DNA from: the human T2T-CHM13v2.0 reference genome, Homo sapiens
Length of the DNA: 64,000 bases
Direction: 5' to 3' (one strand)
Assembly (NCBI RefSeq): GCF_009914755.1
Contig: NC_060938.1
Shown in pieces: positions 13,101 to 26,200 of this stretch. The notes beneath the pieces are model-generated. The model was not told the origin of the DNA. It searched no databases and saw only the letters and a list, made by a program, of their open reading frames with translations. The position numbers were made by a program, and so were the translations under genes. How positions within the stretch are numbered: the first letter of the stretch is position 1; every line of letters starts with the position of its first letter.

Positions 13101-16100
13101 CGTAATCCCGTTTCCAACGAAATCCTCCAAGCTATCCAAATATCCACTTGCAGATTCCACAGAAAGACTGTTTCAAAACTGCTCTGTCAATAGAAAGTTT
13201 CAACTCTGTTAGCTGCGTGCATATATCCCAAAGAAGATTCTGAGATTGCTTCTGTCTAGTTTTTATGGGAAGATATTTCCCTTTTCACCGTAGGCGTCAA
13301 GGCGCTCCAAATGTCCACTTCCAGATACTACAAAAAGAGTGTTTCAAACCTACTCTGTGAAAGGGAATATTCAACTCTGTGACTTGAATGCACATATCAC
13401 AAAGAAGTTTCTGAGAATGCTTCTGTCGAGATTTTATATGAAGATATTCCCGTTTCCAACGAAATCCTGAAATCTATCCAAATATCCCCTTGCAGATTCT
13501 ACAGAAAGAGTGTTTCAAAACTGCTCTGTAAAAAGAAAGGTTCAACTCTGTTAGTTGAGTACAAACATCACAAACAAGTTTCACAGAATGCTTCTTTCTA
13601 GCTTGTAGGGGAATATATTCCCTTTATCACCATGGGTCTCAAACCGTCCGAAACGTCCACTTCCATATACTACAAAAAGAGCGTTTCAAACCTGCTCTAT
13701 GAAAGGCAATGTTCAACTCTGTGACTTGAATGCAGACATCACAGAGCTGTTTCTGAGAATGCTTCTGTCTAGATTTTATAGGAAGATATTCCCGTTTCCA
13801 ACGAAATCTTCACAGCTATCCAAATATCCACTTGCAGATTCTACAAAAAGAGTGTATCAAAACTGCTCTGTCAAAAGGAAGGTTCTTCTCTGTTAGGTGA
13901 GTGCATACGTCATAAAGGAGTTTCTGAGAATGTTTCTGTCTAGTGGTTATGGGAAGATATTTGCTTTTTCCCCGTAGGCCTCAGGGCGCTCCAAATGTCC
14001 ACTTGCACATGCTACAAAAAGAGTGCTTCAAAGCTACTCTCTGGAAGGGAATGTTCAACTCTATGAGTTGAATGCAAACATCACAAAGACGTTTCTGAGA
14101 ATGCTTCTGTCTAGATTTGATATGAAGATATTCCCGTTTCCAACGAAATCTTCAAATCTATCCAAATATCCACTTGCAGATTCAACAAAAAGTGTTTTTC
14201 AGAACTGCTCTATCAAAAGAAAGATCCACCTCTGTTAGCTGAGTTCACACATCACAAACAAGTTTATGAGAATGCTTCTGTCTAGTTTTTATTTGAAGAT
14301 ATTTCCTTTCTCACCATAGACCTGAAAGCTGTCCTAATGTTCACTTCCAGATACTACAGAAAGAGTGTTTCAAAACTGCTGTACGAAAGGGAATGTTCAA
14401 CACTGTGACTTGAATGCACACATCACAAAGAAGTTTCTGAGGATGCTGCTGTCTACTTATTATACGTAATCCCGTTTCCAACGAAATCCTCCAAGCTAAC
14501 GAAATATCCACTTGCAGATTCCACAGAAAGACTGTTTCAAAACTGCTCTGTCAATAGAAAGGTTCAACTCTGTTAGCTGCGTGCATATATCCCAAAGAAG
14601 ATTCTGAGATTGCTTCTGTCTAGTTTTTATGGGAAGATATTTCCCTTTTCACCGTAGGCATCAAGGCGCTCCAAATGTCCACTTCCAGATACTACAAAAA
14701 GAGTGTTTCAAACCTACTCTGTGAAAGGGAATATTCAACTCTGTGACTTGAATGCACATATCACAAAGAAGTTTCTGAGAATGCTTCTGTCGAGATTTTA
14801 TATGAAGATATTCCCGTTTCCAACGAAATCCTGAAATCTATCCAAATATCCCCTCGCAGATTCTACAGAAAGAGTGTTTCAAAACTGCTCTGTAAAAAGA
14901 AAGGTTCAACTCTGTTACTTGAGTACACACATCACAAACAAGTTTCACAGAATGCTTCTTTCTAGCTTGTAGGGGAAGATATTCCCTTTATCACCATGGG
15001 CCTCAAACCGTCCGAAACGTCCACTTCCATATACTACAAAAAGAGCGTTTCAAACCTGCTCTAGGAAAGGCAATGTTCAACTCTGTGACTTGAATGCAGA
15101 CATCACAGAGCAGTTTCTGAGAATGCTTCTGTCTAGATTTTATAGGAAGATATTCCCGTTTCCAACGAAATCTTCACAGCTATCCAAATATCCACTTGCA
15201 GATTCTACAAAAAGAGTGTATCAAAACTGCTCTGTCAAAAGGAAGGTTCTTCTCTGTTAGGTGAGTGCATACGTCACAAAGCAGTTTCTGAGAATGTTTC
15301 TGTCTAGTGGTTATGGGAAGATATTTGCTTTTTCACCGTAGGCCTCAGAGCGGTCCAAATATCCACTTGCACATACTACAAAAAGAGTGCCTCAAAGCTG
15401 CTCTCTGAAACGGAATGTTCAACTCTATGAGTTGAATGCAAACATCACAAAGACGTTTCTGAGAATGCTTCTGTCTAGATTTGATATGAAGATATTCCCG
15501 TTTCCAACGAAATCTTCAAATCTATCCAAATGTCCACTTGCAGATTCAACAAAAAGTGTTTTTCAGAACTGCTCTATCAAAAGAAAGATCCACCTCTGTT
15601 AGCTGAGTTCACACATCACAAACAAGTTTATGAGAATGCTTCTGTCTAGTTTTTATTTGAAGATATTTCCTTTCTCACCATAGACCTGAAAGCTGTCCTA
15701 ATGTTCACTTCCAGATACTACAGAAAGAGGGTTTCAAAACTGCTGTACGAAAGAGAATGTTCAACTCTGTGACTTGAATGCACACATCACAAAGAAGTTT
15801 CTCAGGATGCTGCTGTCTACTTTTTATACGTAATCCCGTTTCCAACGAAATCCTCCAAGCTATCCAAATATCCACTTGCAGATTCCACAGAAAGACTGTT
15901 TCAAAACTGCTCTGTCAATAGAAAGGTTCAACTCTGTTAGCTGCGTGCATATATCCCAAAGAAGATTCTGAGATTGCTTCTGTCTAGTTTTTATGAGAAG
16001 ATATTTCCCTTTTCACCGTAGGTGTCAAGGCGCTCCAAATGTCCACTTCCAGATACTACAAAAAGAGTGTTTCAAACCTACTCTGTGAAAGGGAATATTC

Positions 16101-16517
16101 AACTCTGTGACTTGAATGCACATATCACAAAGAAGTTTCTGAGAATGCTTCTGTCGAGATTTTATATGAAGATATTCCCGTTTCCAACGAAATCCTGAAA
16201 TGTATCCAAATATCCCCTCGCAGATTCTACAAAAAGAGTGTTTCAAAACTGCTCTGTAAAAAGAAAGGTTCAACTCTGTTAGTTGAGTACAAACATCACA
16301 AACAAGTTTCACAGAATGCTTCTTTCTAGCTTGTAGCGGAATATATTCCCTTTATCACCATGAGTCTCAAACCGTCAGAAACGTCCACTTCCATATACTA
16401 CAAAAAGAGCGTTTCAAACCTGCTCTATGAAAGGCAATGTTCAACTCTGTGACTTGAATGCAGACATCACAGAGCTGTTTCTGAGAATGCTTCTGTCTAG
16501 ATTTTATAGGAAGATAT

Positions 16518-17201
16518 TCCCGTTTCCAACGAAATCTTCACAGCTATCCAAATATCCACTTGCAGATTCTACAAAAAGAGTGTATCAAAACTGCTCTGTC
16601 AAAAGGAAGGTTCTTCTCTGTTAGGTGAGTGCATACGTCATAAAGGAGTTTCTGAGAATGTTTCTGTCTAGTGTTTATGGGAAGATATTTGCTTTTTCCC
16701 CGTAGGCCTCAGGGCGCTCCAAATGTCCACTTGCACATGCTACAAAAAGAGTGCTTCAAAGCTACTCTCTGGAAGGGAATGTTCAACTCTATGAGTTGAA
16801 TGCAATCATCACAAAGATGTTTCTGAGAATGCTTCTGTCTAGATTTGATATGAAGATATTCCCGTTTCCAACGAAATGCTGAAATGTATCAAAATATCCC
16901 CTCGCAGATTCTACAAAAAGAGTGTTTCAAAACTGCTCTGTAAAAATAAAGGTTCAACTCTGTTAGTTGAGTACACACATCACAAACAAGTTTCAAAGAA
17001 TGCTTCTTTCTAGCTTGTAGGGGAAGATATTCCCTTTATCACCATGGGCCTCAAACCGTCCGAAAAGTCCACTTCCATATACTACAAAAAGAGCGTTTCA
17101 AACCTGCTCTATGAAAGGTAATGTTCAACTCTGTGACTTGAATGCAGACGTCACAGAGCAGTTTCTGAGAATGCTTCTGTCTAGATTTTATAGGAAGATA
17201 T
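16518..17201 (-). repeat. 4-mer HOR structural variant (684 bp), copy 1
   Basis: The period drops from 1364 to 684 (pseudo-ORF 16427 to 17111). A hybrid monomer at ~16848-16877 joins the box-2 left flank to the box-4 right flank. Confidence 0.93.
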
Positions 17202-20200
17202 TCCCGTTTCCAACGAAATCTTCACAGCTATCCAAATATCCACTTGCAGATTCTACAAAAAGAGTGTATCAAAACTGCTCTGTCAAAAGGAAGGTTCTTC
17301 TCTGTTAGGTGAGTGCATACGTCATAAAGGAGTTTCTGAGAATGTTTCTGTCTAGTGGTTATGGGAAGATATTTGCTTTTTCACCGTAGGCCTCAGAGCG
17401 CTCCAAATATCCACTTGCACATACTACAAAAAGAGTGCCTCAAAGCTGCTCTCTGAAACGGAATGTTCAACTCTATGAGTTGAATGCAAACATCACAAAG
17501 ACGTCTCTGAGAATGCTTCTGTCTAGATTTGATATGAAGATATTCCCGTTTCCAACGAAATCTTCAAATCTATCCAAATGTCCACTTGCAGATTCAACAA
17601 AAAGTGTTTTTCAGAACTGCTCTATCAAAAGAAAGATCCACCTCTGTTAGCTGAGTTCACACATCACAAACAAGTTTATGAGAATGCTTCTGTCTAGTTT
17701 TTATTTGAAGATATTTCCTTTCTCACCATAGACCTGAAAGCTGTCCTAATGTTCACTTCCAGATACTACAGAAAGAGTGTTTCAAAACTGCTGTACGAAA
17801 GGGAATGTTCAACTCTGTGACTTGAATGCACACATCACACAGAAGTTTCTGAGGATGCTGCTGTCTACTTATTATACGTAATCCCGTTTCCAACGAAATC
17901 CTCCAAGCTATCCAAATATCCACTTGCAGATTCCACAGAAAGACTCTTTCAAAACTGCTCTGTCAATAGAAAGGTTCAACTCTGTTAGCTGCGTGCATAT
18001 ATCCCAAAGAAGATTCTGAGATTGCTTCTGTCTAGTTTTTATGGGAAGATATTTCCCTTTTCACCGTAGGCGTCAAGGCGCTCCAAATGTCCACTTCCAG
18101 ATACTACAAAAAGAGTGTTTCAAACCTACTCTGTGAAAGCGAATATTCAACTCTGTGACTTGAATGCACATATCACAAAGAAGTTTCTGAGAATGCTTCT
18201 GTCGAGATTTTATATGAAGATATTCCCGTTTCCAACGAAATCCTGAAATCTATCCAAATATCCCCTCGCAGATTCTACAGAAAGAGTGTTTCAAAACTGC
18301 TCTGTAAAAAGAAAGGTTCAACTCTGTTACTTGAGCACACACATCACAAACAAGTTTCACAGAATGCTTCTTTCTAGCTTGTAGGGGAAGATATTCCCTT
18401 TATCACCATGGGCCTCAAACCGTCCGAAACGTCCACTTCCATATACTACAAAAAGAGCGTTTCAAACCTGCTCTAGGAAAGGCAATGTTCAACTCTGTGA
18501 CTTGAATGCAGACATCACAGAGCAGTTTCTGAGAATGCTTCTGTCTAGATTTTATAGGAAGATATTCCCGTTTCCAAAGAAATCTTCACAGCTATCCAAA
18601 TATCCACTTGCAGATTCTACAAAAAGAGTGTATCAAAACTGCTCTGTCAAAAGGAAGGTTCTTCTCTGTTAGGTGAGTGCATACGTCATAAAGGAGTTTC
18701 TGAGAATGTTTCTGTCTAGTGGTTATGGGAAGATATTTGCTTTTTCACCGTAGGCCTCAGAGCGCTCCAAATATCCACTTGCACATACTACAAAAAGAGT
18801 GCCTCAAAGCTGCTCTCTGAAACGGAATGTTCAACTCTATGAGTTGAATGCAAACATCACAAAGACGTCTCTGAGAATGCTTCTGTCTAGATTTGATATG
18901 AAGATATTCCCGTTTCCAACGAAATCTTCAAATCTATCCAAATGTCCACTTGCAGATTCAACAAAAAGTGTTTTTCAGAACTGCTCTATCAAAAGAAAGA
19001 TCCACCTCTGTTAGCTGAGTTCACACATCACAAACAAGTTTATGAGAATGCTTCTGTCTAGTTTTTATTTGAAGATATTTCCTTTCTCACCATAGACCTG
19101 AAAGCTGTCCTAATGTTCACTTCCAGATACTACAGAAAGAGTGTTTCAAAACTGCTGTACGAAAGGGAATGTTCAACTCTGTGACTTGAATGCACACATC
19201 ACAAAGAAGTTTCTGAGGATGCTGCTGTCTACTTATTATACGTAATCCCGTTTCCAACGAAATCCTCCAAGCTATCCAAATATCCACTTGCAGATTCCAC
19301 AGAAAGACTCTTTCAAAACTGTTCTGTCAATAGAAAGGTTCAGCTCTGTTAGCTGCGTGCATATATCCCAAAGAAGATTCTGAGATTGCTTCTGTCTAGT
19401 TTTTATGGGAAGATATTTCCCTTTTCACCGTAGGCGTCAAGGCGCTCCAAATGTCCACTTCCAGATACTACAAAAAGAGTGTTTCAAACCTACTCTGTGA
19501 AAGCGAATATTCAACTCTGTGACTTGAATGCACATATCACAAAGAAGTTTCTGAGAATGCTTCTGTCGAGGTTTTATATGAAGATATTCCCGTTTGCAAC
19601 GAAATCCTGAAATCTATCCAAATATCCCCTCGCAGATTCTACAGAAAGAGTGTTTCAAAACTGCTCTGTAAAAAGAAAGGTTCAACTCTGTTACTTGAGT
19701 ACACACATCACAAACAAGTTTCACAGAATGCTTCTTTCTAGCTTGTAGGGGAAGATATTCCCTTTATCACCATGGGCCTCAAACCGTCCGAAACGTCCAC
19801 TTCCATATACTACAAAAAGAGCGTTTCAAACCTGCTCTAGGAAAGGCAATGTTCAACTCTGTGACTTGAATGCAGACATCACAGAGCAGTTTCTGAGAAT
19901 GCTTCTGTCTAGATTTTATAGGAAGATATTCCCGTTTCCAAAGAAATCTTCACAGCTATCCAAATATCCACTTGCAGATTCTACAAAAAGAGTGTATCAA
20001 AACTGCTCTGTCAAAAGGAAGGTTCTTCTCTGTTAGGTGAGTGCATACGTCATAAAGCAGTTTCTGAGAATGTTTCTGTCTAGTGGTTATGGGAAGATAT
20101 TTGCTTTTTCACCGTAGGCCTCAGAGCGCTCCAAATATCCACTTGCACATACTACAAAAAGAGTGCCTCAAAGCTGCTCTCTGAAACGGAATGTTCAACT

Positions 20201-23200
20201 CTATGAGTTGAATGCAAACATCACAAAGACGTTTCTGAGAATGCTTCTGTCTAGATTTGATATGAAGATATTCCCGTTTCCAACGAAATCTTCAAATCTA
20301 TCCAAATGTCCACTTGCAGATTCAACAAAAAGTGTTTTTCAGAACTGCTCTATCAAAAGAAAGATCCACCTCTGTTAGCTGAGTTCACACATCACAAACA
20401 AGTTTATGAGAATGCTTCTGTCTAGTTTTTATTTGAAGATATTTCCTTTCTCACCATAGAGCTGAAAGCTGTCCTAATGTTCACTTCCAGATACTACAGA
20501 AAGAGTGTTTCAAAACTGCTGTACGAAAGGGAATGTTCAACTCTGTGACTTGAATGCACACATCACAAAGAAGTTTCTCAGGATGCTGCTGTCTACTTTT
20601 TATACGTAATCCCGTTTCCAACGAAATCCTCCAAGCTATCCAAATATCCACTTGCAGATTCCACAGAAAGACTGTTTCAAAACTGCTCTGTCAATAGAAA
20701 GGTTCAACTCTGTTAGCTGCGTGCATATATCCCAAAGAAGATTCTGAGATTGCTTCTGTCTAGTTTTTATGGGAAGATATTTCCCTTTTCACCGTAGGCG
20801 TCAAGGCGCTCCAAATGTCCACTTCCAGATACTACAAAAGGAGTGTTTCAAACCTACTCTGTGAAAGGGAATATTCAACTCTGTGACTTGAATGCACATA
20901 TCACAAAGAAGTTTCTGAGAATGCTTCTGTCGAGATTTTATATGAAGATATTCCCGTTTCCAACGAAATCCTGAAATCTATCCAAATATCCCCTCGCAGA
21001 TTCTACAGAAAGAGTGTTTCAAAACTGCTCTGTAAAAAGAAAGGTTGAACTCTGTTAGTTGAGTACACACATCACAAACAAGTTTCACAGAATGCTTCTT
21101 TCTAGCTTGTAGGGGAAGATATTCCCTTTATCACCATGGGCCTCAAACCGTCCGAAACGTCCACTTCCATATACTACAAAGAGAGCGTTTCAAACCTGCT
21201 CTAGGAAAGGCAATGTTCAACTCTGTGACTTGAATGCAGACATCACAGAGCAGTTTCTGAGAATGCTTCTGTCTAGATTTTATAGGAAGATATTCCCGTT
21301 TCCAACGAAATCTTCACAGCTATCCAAATATCCACTTGCAGATTCTACAAAAAGAGTGTATCAAAACTGCTCTGTCAAAAGGAAGGTTCTTCTCTGTTAG
21401 GTAAGTGCACACGTCATAAAGGAGTTTCTGAGAATGTTTCTGTCTAGTGGTTATGGGAAGATATTTGCTTTTTCACCGTAGGCCTCAGGGCGCTCCAAAT
21501 GTCCACTTGCACATGCTACAAAAAGAGTGCTTCAAAGCTGCTCTCTGAAAGGGAATGTTCAACTCTATGAGTTGAATGCAAACATCACAAAGACGTCTCT
21601 GAGAATGCTTCTGTCTAGATTTGATATGAAGATATTCCCGGTTCCAACGAAATCTTCAAATCTATCCAAATGTCCACTTGCAGATTCAACAAAAAGTGTT
21701 TTTCAGAACTGCTCTATCAAAAGAAAGATCCACCTCTGTTAGCTGAGTTCACACATCACAAACAAGTTTATGAGAATGCTTCTGTCTAGTTTTTATTTGA
21801 AGATATTTCCTTTCTCACCATAGACCTGAAAGCTGTCCTAATGTTCACTTCCAGATACTACAGAAAGAGTGTTTCAAAACTGCTGTACGAAAGGGAATGT
21901 TCAACTCTGTGACTTGAATGCACACATCACAAAGAAGTTTCTGAGGATGCTGCTGTCTACTTTTTATATGTAATCCCGTTTCCAACGAAATCCTCCAAGC
22001 TATCCAAATATCCACTTGCAGATTCCACAGAAAGACTGTTTCAAAACTGCTCTGACAATAGAAAGGTTCAACTCTGTTAGCTGCGTGCATATATCCCAAA
22101 GAAGATTCTGAGATTGCTTCTGTCTAGTTTTTATGGGAAGATATTTCCCTTTTCACCGTAGGCGTCAAGGCGCTCCAAATGTCCACTTCCAAATACTACA
22201 AAAAGAGTGTTTCAAACCTACTCTGTGAAAGGGAATATTCAACTCTGTGACTTGAATGCACATATCACAAAGAAGTTTCTGAGAATGCTTCTGTCGAGAT
22301 TTTATATGAAGATATTCCCGTTTCCAACGAAATCCTGAAATCTATCCAAATATCCCCTCGCAGATTCTACAGAAAGAGTGTTTCAAAACTGCTCTGTAAA
22401 AAGAAAGGTTCAACTCTGTTACTTGAGTACACACATCAGAAACAAGTTTCACAGAATGCTTCTTTCTAGCTTGTAGGGGAAGATATTCCCTTTATCACCA
22501 TGGGCCTCAAACCGTCCGAAACGTCCACTTCCATATACTACAAAAAGAGCGTTTCAAACCTGCTCTAGGAAAGGCAATGTTCAACTCTGTGACTTGAATG
22601 CAGACATCACAGAGCAGTTTCTGAGAATGCTTCTGTCTAGATTTTATAGGAAGATATTCCCGTTTCCAACGAAATCTTCACAGCTATCCAAATATCCACT
22701 TGCAGATTCTACAAAAAGAGTGTATCAAAACTGCTCTGTCAAAAGGAAGGTTCTTCTCTGTTAGGTGAGTGCATACGTCATAAAGGAGTTTCTGAGAATG
22801 TTTCTGTCTAGTGGTTATGGGAAGATATTTGCTTTTTCACCGTAGGCCTCAGAGCGCTCCAAATATCCACTTGCACATACTACAAAAAGAGTGCCTCAAA
22901 GCTGCTCTCTGAAACGGAATGTTCAACTCTACGAGTTGAATATAAACATCACAAAGACGTTTCTGAGAATGCTTCTGTCTAGATTTGATGTGAAGATATT
23001 CCCGTTTCCAACGAAATCTTCAAATCTATCCAAATGTCCACTTGCAGATTCAACAAAAAGTGTTTTTCAGAACTGCTCTATCAAAAGAAAGATCCATCTC
23101 TGGTAGCTGAGTTCACACATCACAAACAAGTTTATGAGAATGCTTCTGTCTAGTTTTTATTTGAAGATATTTCCTTTCTCACCATAGAGCTGAAAGCTGT

Positions 23201-26200
23201 CCTAATGTTCACTTCCAGATACTACAGAAAGAGTGTTTCAAAACTGCTGTACGAAAGGGAATGTTCAACTCTGTGACTTGAATGCACACATCACAAAGAA
23301 GTTTCTGAGGATGCTGCTGTCTACTTATTATACGTAATCCCGTTTCCAACGAAATCCTCCAAGCTATCCAAATATCCACTTGCAGATTCCACAGAAAGAC
23401 TGTTTCAAAACTGCTCTGTCAATAGAAAGGTTCAACTCTGTAAGCTGCGTGCATATATCCCAAAGAAGATTCTGAGATTGCTTCTGTCTAGTTTTTATGG
23501 GAAGATATTTCCCTTTTCACCGTAGGTGTCAAGGTGCTCCAAATGTCCACTTCCAGATACTACAAAAAGAGTGTTTCAAACCTACTCTGTGAAAGGGAAT
23601 ATTCAACTCTGTGACTTGAATGCACATATCACAAAGAAGTTTCTGAGAATGCTTCTGTCGAGATTTTATATGAAGATGTTCCCGTTTCCAACGAAACCCT
23701 GAAATCTATCCAAATATCCCCTCGCAGATTCTACAGAAAGAGTGTTTCAAAACTGCTCTGTAAAAAGAAAGGTTCAACTCTGTTACTTGAGTACACACAT
23801 CACAAACAAGTTTCACAGAATGCTTCTTTCTAGCTTGTAGGGGAAGATATTCCCTTTATCACCATGGGCCTCAAACCGTCCGAAACGTCCACTTCCATAT
23901 ACTACAAAAAGAGCGTTTCAAACCTGCTCTAGGAAAGGCAATGTTCAACTCTGTGACTTGAATGCAGACATCACAGAGCAGTTTCTGAGAATGCTTCTGT
24001 CCAGATTTTATAGGAAGATATTCCCGTTTCCAACGAAATCTTCACAGCTATCCAAATATCCACTTGCTGATTCTACAAAAAGAGTGTATCAAAACTGCTC
24101 TGTCAAAAGGAAGGTTCTTCTCTGTTAGGTGAGTGCATACGTCATAAAGCAGTTTCTGAGAATGTTTCTGTCTAGTGGTTATGGGAAGATATTTGCTTTT
24201 TCCCCGTAGGCCTCAGAGCGCTCCAAATATCCACTTGCACATACTACAAAAAGAGTGCCTCAAAGCTGCTCTCTGAAACGGAATGTTCAACTCTATGAGT
24301 TGAATGCAAACATCACAAAGACGTTTCTGAGAATGCTTCTGTCTAGATTTGATATGAAGATATTCCCGTTTCCAACGAAATCTTCAAATCTATCCAAATG
24401 TCCACTTGCAGATTCAACAAAAAGTGTTTTTCAGAACTGCTCTATCAAAAGAAAGATCCACCTCTGTTAGCTGAGTTCACACATCACAAACAAGTTCATG
24501 AGAATGCTTCTGTCTAGTTTTTATTTGAAGATATTTCCTTTCTCACCATAGACCTGAAAGCTGTCCTAATGTTCACTTCCAGATACTACAGAAAGAGTGT
24601 TTCAAAACTGCTGTACGAAAGGGAATGTTCAACTCTGTGACTTGAATGCACACATCACAAAGAAGTTTCTGAGGATGCTGCTGTCTACTTTTTATACGTA
24701 ATCCCGTTTCCAACGAAATCCTCCAAGCTATCCAAATATCCACTTGCAGATTCCACAGAAAGACTGTTTCAAAACTGCTCTGTCAATAGAAAGGTTCAAC
24801 TCTGTTAGCTGCGTGCATATATCCCAAAGAAGATTCTGAGATTGCTTCTGTCTAGTTTTTATGGGAAGATATTTCCCTTTTCACCGTAGGTGTCAAGGCG
24901 CTCCAAATGTCCACTTCCAGATACTACAAAAAGAGTGTTTCAAACCTACTCTGTGAAAGGGAATATTCAACTCTGTGACTTGAATGCACATATCACAAAG
25001 AAGTTTCTGAGAATGCTTCTGTCGAGATTTTATATGAAGATATTCCCGTTTCCAACGAAATCCTGAAATCTATCCAAATATCCCCTCGCAGATTCTACAG
25101 AAAGAGTGTTTCAAAACTGCTCTGTAAAAAGAAAGGTTCAACTCTGTTAGTTGAGTACACACATCACAAACAAGTTTCACAGAATGCTTCTTTGTAGCTT
25201 GTAGGGGAAGATATTCCCTTTATCACCATGGGCCTCAAACCGTCCGAAACGTCCACTTCCATATACTACAAAAAGAGCGTTTCAAACCTGCTCTAGGAAA
25301 GGCAATGTTCAACTCTGTGACTTGAATGCAGACATCACAGAGCAGTTTCTGAGAATGCTTCTGTATAGATTTTATAGGAAGATATTCCCGTTTCCAACGA
25401 AATCTTCACAGCTATCCAAATATCCACTTGCAGATTCTACAAAAAGAGTGTATCAAAACTGCTCTGTCAAAAGGAAGGTTCTTCTCTGTTAGGTGAGTGC
25501 ATACGTCATAAAGGAGTTTCTGAGAATGTTTCTGTCTAGTGGTTATGGGAAGATATTTGCTTTTTCACCGTAGGTCTCAGGGCGCTCCAAATGTCCACTT
25601 GCACATGCTACAAAAAGAGTGCTTCAAAGCTGCTCTCTGAAACGGAATGTTCAACTCTATGAGTTGAATGCAAACATCACAAAGACGTCTCTGAGAATGC
25701 TTCTGTCTAGATTTGATATGAAGATATTCCCGTTTCCAACGAAATCTTCAAATCTATCCAAATGTCCACTTGCAGATTCAACAAAAAGTGTTTTTCAGAA
25801 CTGCTCTATCAAAAGAAAGATCCACCTCTGTTAGCTGAGTTCACACATCACAAACAGGTTTATGAGAATGCTTCTGTCTAATTTTTATTTGAAGATATTT
25901 CCTTTCTCACCATAGACCTGAAAGCTGTCCTAATGTTCACTTCCAGATACTACAGAAAGAGTGTTTCAAAACTGCTGTACGAAAGGGAATGTTCAACTCT
26001 GTGACTTGAATGCACACATCACAAAGAAGTTTCTGAGGATGCTGCTGTCTACTTTTTATACGTAATCCCGTTTCCAATGAAATCCTCCAAGCTATCCAAA
26101 TATCCACTTGCAGATTCCACAGAAAGACTGTTTCAAAACTGCTCTGTCAATAGAAAGGTTCAACTCTGTTAGCTGCGTGCATATATCCCAAAGAAGATTC

